A stretch of DNA of 32,000 nucleotides from Xanthomonas campestris pv. campestris str. ATCC 33913. Its GTDB lineage: Bacteria; Pseudomonadota; Gammaproteobacteria; Xanthomonadales; Xanthomonadaceae. The position numbers and the translations under genes are program-made. The DNA lies in NCBI RefSeq assembly GCF_000007145.1, contig NC_003902.1, positions 937,436-969,435 on the forward strand. The letters run 5' to 3'. Within the stretch, counting starts at the first letter, position 1. Each line of letters opens with the position of its first letter. Shown here piece after piece: positions 26,787 to 32,000 of the stretch. The notes beneath the pieces were generated by a model. The model had not been told where the DNA came from. It ran no database searches and saw nothing but the letters and a program-made list of their open reading frames with translations.

Positions 26787-27146
26787 ATGAATCCACAAGT
26801 GCAAGGCATGGACCAACTCGGCGGCACCTATGTGTTCGATCTGCGCACCAGCAATCGCGCGCTGCGGATCAACCGCTTTTTCTGGCACATGATTCGCGCG
26901 CCGTGGCGCGACCGCTTCCTGCAGGATGCCGAGGCGTTGATGCAGGAGGCCGACCTCAGCGAGCAGGAAAAAGAGTTGATCCGCGCGCGCGATTGGCTGG
27001 GGTTGGTGCAGTACGGCGCCAACTTCTTCGTGATCGAAAAGTTCGCCCGGGTGGTGCGCATGACCAACCTGCAGGTCTACGCCATCATGCGCGGCGAGAC
27101 CTTTGAAGCCTTCATGCAGACGCGACGCGTACCCGATGCGCGCTGA
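26787..27146 (+). CDS. LigA-type (protocatechuate 4,5-dioxygenase alpha-chain-like) small subunit/domain
   Basis: GTYVFDLRTSNRALRINRFFWHM...DLSEQEKELIRARDWLGLVQYGANFFVIEKFARV is the LigA fold signature. GAGGA at 26776-26780 lies 6 nt upstream of ATG 26787. The ORF is in the same frame as the LigB ORF. Confidence 0.9.
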   Translation: MNPQVQGMDQLGGTYVFDLRTSNRALRINRFFWHMIRAPWRDRFLQDAEALMQEADLSEQEKELIRARDWLGLVQYGANFFVIEKFARVVRMTNLQVYAIMRGETFEAFMQTRRVPDAR

Positions 27147-27167
27147 TCCCACCTCACGCACGTCCAG

Positions 27168-27198
27168 GGCACGCGATTGCGCGGGCCTTTTTGTTTTT
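27168..27198 (+). terminator. Rho-independent terminator after the dioxygenase genes
   Basis: GGCaCGCG (27168-27175) pairs with CGCGgGCC (27180-27187), giving 7 bp with one A/G mismatch and an ATTG loop. TTTTTGTTTTT follows at 27188-27198. Confidence 0.6.
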
Positions 27199-27218
27199 CC
27201 CTACTGAAGGTCGTCCCC

Positions 27219-28220
27219 ATGACCATGTCCTCCGTGTTCTTCGAACACCGCATCAAGGTCCGGCATCTGCGCGTCATCGAAGCGCTGGACCGGCAAAAGA
27301 GCCTGCTGCGCGCATCGCGCGTGCTCAACGTTACCCAGCCCGCGCTGACGCGCGCATTGCAGGAGATCGAAGAGATCGTCGGTGCGCCGCTGTTCGAGCG
27401 CCACTCGCGCGGGGTGCGTCCCAATGCGATGGGCGAGGTGCTGGTACAGACCGCGCACGTGGTGCTGGGCCAACTGCGGCGCGCGCAGGATACGTTCGAA
27501 GGGCTGCTGCAGGACGACGCGCTCACCATCACCGTCGGCGCGCTGCCCGTGGCCGCCAGCGGGCTGCTGCCTGCAGTGCTGGCGGCGCTGTACCGCGCTG
27601 AGCCGACTTTGCGTGTGCGCCTGCTGCATGGGCGCACCGACGAGCTGCTGCCCAAGCTGGCCGGCAATGAGATCGATCTGGTGGTTGGACGGCTGTATCC
27701 GCTGGCGCGCTACGACGCGTTGGTGCGCAAGGTGCTGTATCAGGACCCGATCGCCCTGGTGGCGCGCAGCGACCATCCGTTGTTCGCCGATGGCCAGGTG
27801 CGTATCGCCGAGGCCGCGGCGTATCGCCAGGTACTGCCAACTTTAAGCCAGCATGTCGAGCGCGATGTGGCGCAGGTGATGCGCGAGCACGGGCTGGCCA
27901 CGCGCGATCAGCTGCGTTCCAGCTCGGCGAGCTTTACCCGCGAGATCCTGCTCGGCACCGATTGCATCGCGGTAATGCCCAGCATGATGGTCTCCGGCGA
28001 TATCGCACGTGGCGAGCTACGCGCGTTTCAGCTGCAGCAGCCGTCGCAGGCGCGCGCCGGTGGCGTGATCTACCGCGACAGCGGCGCGATCCTCAAGCCG
28101 GGCGTGCGGCTGTTGATGCGTGAGCTGGAGCGTCAGCTGAAGACCATGGCCGAGCAGGGCGCCGTGTGGGTCGATGACCAGGCCGGTGAATACGACGTGC
28201 TGATGGATGCGTCTGCGTAG
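27219..28220 (+). CDS. LysR-family transcriptional regulator (PcaQ-like)
   Basis: The N-terminal HTH is RIKVRHLRVIEALDRQKSLLRASRVLNVTQPALTRALQEIEEIVGAPLFERHSRGVRPN, followed by a LysR substrate-binding domain. GAAGG lies 8 nt upstream of ATG 27219. Confidence 0.92.
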   Translation: MTMSSVFFEHRIKVRHLRVIEALDRQKSLLRASRVLNVTQPALTRALQEIEEIVGAPLFERHSRGVRPNAMGEVLVQTAHVVLGQLRRAQDTFEGLLQDDALTITVGALPVAASGLLPAVLAALYRAEPTLRVRLLHGRTDELLPKLAGNEIDLVVGRLYPLARYDALVRKVLYQDPIALVARSDHPLFADGQVRIAEAAAYRQVLPTLSQHVERDVAQVMREHGLATRDQLRSSSASFTREILLGTDCIAVMPSMMVSGDIARGELRAFQLQQPSQARAGGVIYRDSGAILKPGVRLLMRELERQLKTMAEQGAVWVDDQAGEYDVLMDASA

Positions 28221-28487
28221 CTGAGGGTTGCTGCGCGCGCGTGATGCTGCGTGGTTGAACGGGACGGCTGGGCACGCCCGTGTTGGGTGCCGGTCTCCGT
28301 TCGATCGCGATCGTGTCCGTCGCGGTCGTGTCCGTGTCCGTGTATCTGCTGCAGTGCTGTCCGGAAGTGGTGTTGCACAGTGGTGAGCCGGCGTGCGGCT
28401 CGCTGCGCCGGTTGAGCGCAGCTGCGTCTTCTCTTTGGATCTATGCGTCTTGTTGCGTCGCGTACCGTGCATGCGTGGGTAGTGCGG

Positions 28488-28526
28488 AATGACAAGAACG
28501 AAGCGGGCCGCAATACGCGCGCCCGC
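28488..28526 (-). terminator. Candidate intrinsic terminator of the hydroxycinnamate operon
   Basis: The minus-strand RNA reads GCGGGC-G-CGC GUAUU GCG-GCCCGC, a 9-bp stem with one bulge. The tail UUCGUUCUUGUCAUU follows. The hairpin starts 25 nt after the ligase stop. Confidence 0.5.
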
Positions 28527-28551
28527 CTGTTCGATGGCCCGCTGGCCTGCA

Positions 28552-30024
28552 TCAGGCCTCGTTCGCCAGTGCATCCTTCAAGCGCGCTTTTTGCAGTTTG
28601 CCCGTGGCAGTGCGTGGCAGCGCCGCGACCACGCGCAGGTGCTTGGGTACCTTGTACTTGGCCAGGCGTTCGCTCAGATAGCTGCGAATCCGCTCCAGGT
28701 CCGGGGTTTCAGTGGCTGGCACGATCGCCAGATAGCCCACTTCGCCCCATTGCGCGTCGGCCATGCCGACCACGGCGCACTCGCGGATTTCTGGATGGTC
28801 GGCCAGCACGGCTTCGATCTCTGCGGGATACACATTTTCACCCCCGGAAATGAACATGTCTTTCTTGCGGTCGACTACCCAGAAAAACCCATCGGCATCG
28901 CGTCGGACGATGTCGCCGGTGCGGAACCAGCCCGCGCCATCGCGCATCTCGGCAGTGGCCTGCGGGTCGCGCCAATAGCCGGGGCTGAGGTTGGGCCCGC
29001 GCAACAGCAACTCGCCCGGCATGCCCACCTCACAGTCGTTGCCCTCGTTATCCACGACCCGCGTCTGCACGGTGGGTGATGAGATTCCCGCTGCACCGAG
29101 CTTGCTGCGGATCACCTCGCAATCCACCGACATGCCGAACACGGTGCCGGCTTCGCTCATGCCGAAGCCGCAGACCATCGGGATGCCATCCTCCAGCCAG
29201 CCAAGCAGGTCCTCGCTGGCGTGCGGCGCGCCGCCGCTGACCAACGCGGTGAGATGACGGAGCGCTGCAGGATCGAAGCCTGGCTGGCTGCGGAAGGCCT
29301 GCATCATCTGTGGCACGCCGACGTAATGGGTGATGCCCAGTGCCGGATTGCCCAGCCAGCCCAGCGTGCGTTTGGGCTCGAAGCCATTTGACACCTGGAT
29401 CGAGCCGCCCATTGCCAGCACCGGGCGCACGTTGGTGGCCAGGCCGATGATATGAAACATCGGCGCCTCGCACAGAAAACTGCTGTGCGCTTCCACCCGC
29501 GTGGTGACGCCGAAGTTGTGCGCGACCTGTTGCAGGTTCTGCTCGCTCAACATCACGCCCTTGGGCTGGCCGGACGTGCCGGAAGTGAACAGGATCAGGC
29601 TGACCCGATCGGGCGGAATGTAGGGTGTTTCGGCAGGCGCAAGCTGCTTGGCGTTGTCGATGAAGCGGGCGAAGTCTTCCACCTGCGCGCGTCCGGCAGC
29701 GACATCGTCGCCCAGCAGCAAGCGAGGCTCTGCACGCTGCAACAAGGCATCCAGCTCAGTGCCACTCAGCCGCCAGTTGAGCGGTACGTAGATTGCACCA
29801 ACCCGCGCACAGGCAAAATGCAACGCAACCTGCCAGACCGAATTGCGCGCCAGCACCGCAAGCCGTTCGCCGTCGACACAGCCGCGTGTCTGCAGCACGG
29901 CAGCCAGGCGACCGATCAGGTCGTCCAGTTCGGCGTAGGTCCATTCCTGTTGCAGCAGCAGGTCGCGGGCAGCAAGCCGCTGCGGTGTCAGGCGGGCATG
30001 GAACGATATCGAGTCGGTCGGCAT
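28552..30024 (-). CDS. Acyl/aryl-CoA ligase, feruloyl/4-hydroxycinnamoyl-CoA synthetase-like (AMP-binding family)
   Basis: The AMP-binding motif I is LFTSGTSGQPKGV. GWFRTGDIV, DRKKDMFISGGENVYPAEIE and PRTATGKLQK are also present. The start is ATG 30024; ATG 30090, 22 codons upstream, is possible. The substrate is inferred from its operon partners. Confidence 0.88.
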   Translation of the reverse strand: MPTDSISFHARLTPQRLAARDLLLQQEWTYAELDDLIGRLAAVLQTRGCVDGERLAVLARNSVWQVALHFACARVGAIYVPLNWRLSGTELDALLQRAEPRLLLGDDVAAGRAQVEDFARFIDNAKQLAPAETPYIPPDRVSLILFTSGTSGQPKGVMLSEQNLQQVAHNFGVTTRVEAHSSFLCEAPMFHIIGLATNVRPVLAMGGSIQVSNGFEPKRTLGWLGNPALGITHYVGVPQMMQAFRSQPGFDPAALRHLTALVSGGAPHASEDLLGWLEDGIPMVCGFGMSEAGTVFGMSVDCEVIRSKLGAAGISSPTVQTRVVDNEGNDCEVGMPGELLLRGPNLSPGYWRDPQATAEMRDGAGWFRTGDIVRRDADGFFWVVDRKKDMFISGGENVYPAEIEAVLADHPEIRECAVVGMADAQWGEVGYLAIVPATETPDLERIRSYLSERLAKYKVPKHLRVVAALPRTATGKLQKARLKDALANEA

Positions 30025-30245
30025 GGTCAAGGCGCTGTCTTCCGGTACGGATGAGGGAGTGACGGGCGTGTAGTGCGACGGAGGTGGCAAGAAGGTTCAA
30101 GTACATGCATCTGTATGCAGTGCGCGTTCACCACAGCATTGGCAAGCAAGCTGCAGCAGCGAGCGCAACGCGACGCATGACGCAGCGCGTTGCGCATGTT
30201 GGCAACGTGATCGGTGTTGCACGCTTTTGACTGCGTTAAACGGTG

Positions 30246-31714
30246 TTAGCCGAGATAGATCGTTTTGGTTTCGAGAAACCCGTGCAGGCCTTCGATGCCA
30301 CCTTCGCGGCCGATGCCGGAGTGTTTGACACCACCGAACGGCATCTCGATATCCACGCACATGCCGTTGATCGAATGGCTGCCGCTCCGCACGCGTCGCG
30401 CAATCGCGTAGGCGCGTTCGGGATCGTCGCTATAGACGGTGCCATGCAGGCCGTAATCGCTGTCGTTGACTTTGGCGATCAGATCTTCTTCGTTGTGATA
30501 GTCGATAAAACTCACGACGGGGCCGAAGATTTCTTCGCGGGCAATGGTCATCTCCGGCGTCACACCTGCAAACACGGTCGGCTCAAGAAAGAAACCGCGT
30601 GGCAAGTGCTCTGGCCGCCCGCCGCCCATGACCAGCTTTGCGCCTTCGGCGCTGCCTGGGCGATGTAGCCTTGCACACGTTCCAACTGGCGGCCGAGTGC
30701 CAGCGGGCCCATGCCCGTGTCGGCGGCAAACGGGTCGCCGAGTTTGAGCGTGGCCAGCGCCGAGCAATACGCGTGCAGGATGGCCTCGCGCCGATGCGCG
30801 GGGACCAGTATGCGGGTGAGCGCGAAACACACCTGGCCGGTGATCGGCATCGAGTAGGGCACCAGGCTGGGCAGCACTTTCTCGATGTCGGCATCCTCCA
30901 GCACGATCGCCGCCGACTTGCCGCCCAGCTCCAGCCCGACGCGCGCCAGGCGCTCGGCGCAGGCCACACCGATCGATCGCCCTGCCTGGGTGGAGCCGGT
31001 GAAGCTCACCTTGTCCACCGAAGGGTGCCGGATCAGCTGTTCACCCACCTCGCGCCCGGCCGGTAGCAGATTGAACACGCCATCCGGCAGCCCGGCGGCG
31101 CTGATGCATTCGGCCAGAATATAGGCGTCGATCGGCGTTTCCGGAGACGGCTTGGCAACCACCGTGCAGCCGGCCGCCAGCGCGGCGGCGACCTTGTAGC
31201 AGAGCAGCACCAACGGCGCATTCCACGGCGTGATGGCGACGACCACGCCGACCGGTTCCTGTACCACATGCACGCGCCCGCCGCTGGAGCGCGTGCGTGG
31301 CTCGACGAACGGGTGGGTGGTGATCAGGTCGCCGTAGTAGTCGAACAGATCCGGCGCCTGCTTGGAGGCGCGCCGACTGAAACCGATGGTGGCGCCGACC
31401 TGCGCGGTCCATGCATCTGCCAGTTCCGGCATGCGCGCCCGCAAATGCTCGGCAATGCGCTTCAGCGCGGCGCCGCGTTCTGGCGGCGGCAGCTGCGGCC
31501 AGGGGCCACTATCGAAGGCTCTGCGCGCCGCGGCAACCGCGGCCTCGGTGTCGGCATGCGATGGTTCGGTGTAGCGCAGCAGGCGTTCTTCGGTGTGCGG
31601 CGCGATGACATCCAGCGTCTGGCTGCCGGTGCTGGCGCGCCACTGACCATCGATGAATAAACCCCACGGTCCACGCGCGGCGATGCCACGCAGGGTCGCG
31701 GCTAAGGCTTCCAT
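30246..31714 (-). pseudogene. NAD(P)-dependent aldehyde dehydrogenase (vanillin/4-hydroxybenzaldehyde dehydrogenase-like) interrupted by a 1-nt frameshift
   Basis: The N-terminal frame (31714 to 30560) carries ITPWNAPL, FTGSTQAGR, LELGGKSA and GQVCFALTR. The C-terminal motifs EEIFGPV and PFGGVKHSGIGREGG lie in the other frame (30830 to 30246). The frames join at 30655/30656. GGAGG precedes ATG 31714. Confidence 0.85.
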
Positions 31715-31800
31715 ACTCCCTCCTCGGTGCAGAAGACCACTGGCGGCAGCGATGGGCGGCACGTGCGTTGCACGGGCCGCTCACGCGCCGAAGGCGTTGC

Positions 31801-32000
31801 TCAGTTGGTGCCGGCGTCCGGCTCGTACGCACCCAGACCGGGCTTGTAACGCTTTTCATCGATGAACTGACGGATGCCTTCCTTGCGCGCGTTGTTGTCG
31901 AACGAGTTGGCCGCTTCCTGCATGCGTACCAGATAGTCTTCGGCTTCGTCGTAGGTCATGGTGCCGACGCGACGCACCGCATCCTTGGCATATTTCAGCG
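31801..32000 (-). CDS. Enoyl-CoA hydratase/aldolase, hydroxycinnamoyl-CoA hydratase-lyase-like (C-terminal end only; the 5' part is outside the window)
   Basis: Hand translation of the minus strand gives LKYAKDAVRRVGTMTYDEAEDYLVRMQEAANSFDNNARKEGIRQFIDEKRYKPGLGAYEPDAGTN, ending at stop 31801-31803. From memory, the C-terminus resembles that of HCHL/Ech enzymes (...GxxQFLDxKSxKPGLxxY). Confidence 0.75.
   Translation of the reverse strand, partial: LKYAKDAVRRVGTMTYDEAEDYLVRMQEAANSFDNNARKEGIRQFIDEKRYKPGLGAYEPDAGTN

Noticed and set aside
25584-27161. A 525-aa minus-strand ORF opposite the LigB/LigA genes
   Set aside because: It is a mirror-frame artefact of high-GC coding DNA with no motifs. The plus-strand genes have strong family signatures and ribosome-binding sites.
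28311-28341. GTCCGT/TCGTGTCCGT direct repeats considered as a possible mini-CRISPR or iteron array
   Set aside because: The units are only 6-10 bp, with two to three copies, no spacers of defined length and no cas or rep genes nearby.
30640-30670. Programmed ribosomal frameshifting as an explanation for the split aldehyde dehydrogenase
   Set aside because: The junction (CGC CCA GGC AGC) contains no slippery heptamer, and I saw no obvious downstream pseudoknot or hairpin. A 1-nt deletion or a base-calling error in a G-run is the simpler explanation.
22285-32000. The possibility that the phenolic-catabolism region is a horizontally acquired island
   Set aside because: No flanking tRNA, integrase, IS element or direct repeats are visible. 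GC content and codon style look like the rest of the window. The right boundary lies outside the window, so this cannot be assessed further.

Overview
The window is a high-GC (roughly 65%) gammaproteobacterial chromosome segment with Xanthomonas/Xanthomonadaceae-type gene content and order. This assignment comes from gene content only; no search was run. I support 33 protein-coding features on both strands: 30 complete genes, one frameshifted gene and two genes truncated by the window edges. The window is tightly packed. I saw no tRNA, rRNA, CRISPR array, IS element, integrase or phage gene.

Bases 1-22300 are core housekeeping and cell-envelope genes:
- ABC ATPase and tesA, transcribed divergently
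- an OmpR/ColR-like response regulator with its histidine kinase
- a secreted SGNH hydrolase
- dgkA
- a lemA-TPM-TPM module
- lgt-thyA-folA
- the classic lptD-surA-pdxA-rsmA-apaG-apaH block on the minus strand
- an HDAC-like deacetylase, a PduO-type adenosyltransferase and a membrane protein
- ubiH plus a paralogous flavin hydroxylase

Bases 22300-32000 form a plant-phenolic catabolism neighbourhood:
- an alpha/beta hydrolase
- a SnoaL-like protein
- a MetA-pathway-type outer-membrane channel
- a GntR regulator
- a LigB/LigA-type extradiol dioxygenase
- a LysR regulator
- a hydroxycinnamate operon on the minus strand: enoyl-CoA hydratase/lyase, aldehyde dehydrogenase, acyl-CoA ligase

I do not see convincing evidence for a novel multi-gene system such as a defence, toxin or secretion system. 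The observations most worth a second look are:
1. The ring-cleavage dioxygenase is encoded as two same-frame ORFs split by a single TGA that overlaps a Shine-Dalgarno sequence.
2. A 1-nt frameshift breaks the aldehyde dehydrogenase of the hydroxycinnamate operon.
3. Twin TTGG(G)ATCCCAA palindromes lie in the GntR/dioxygenase divergent promoter.
4. An unexplained 566-bp lower-GC spacer splits the normally contiguous pdxA-rsmA junction.
5. Several structured intergenic regions remain unassigned.
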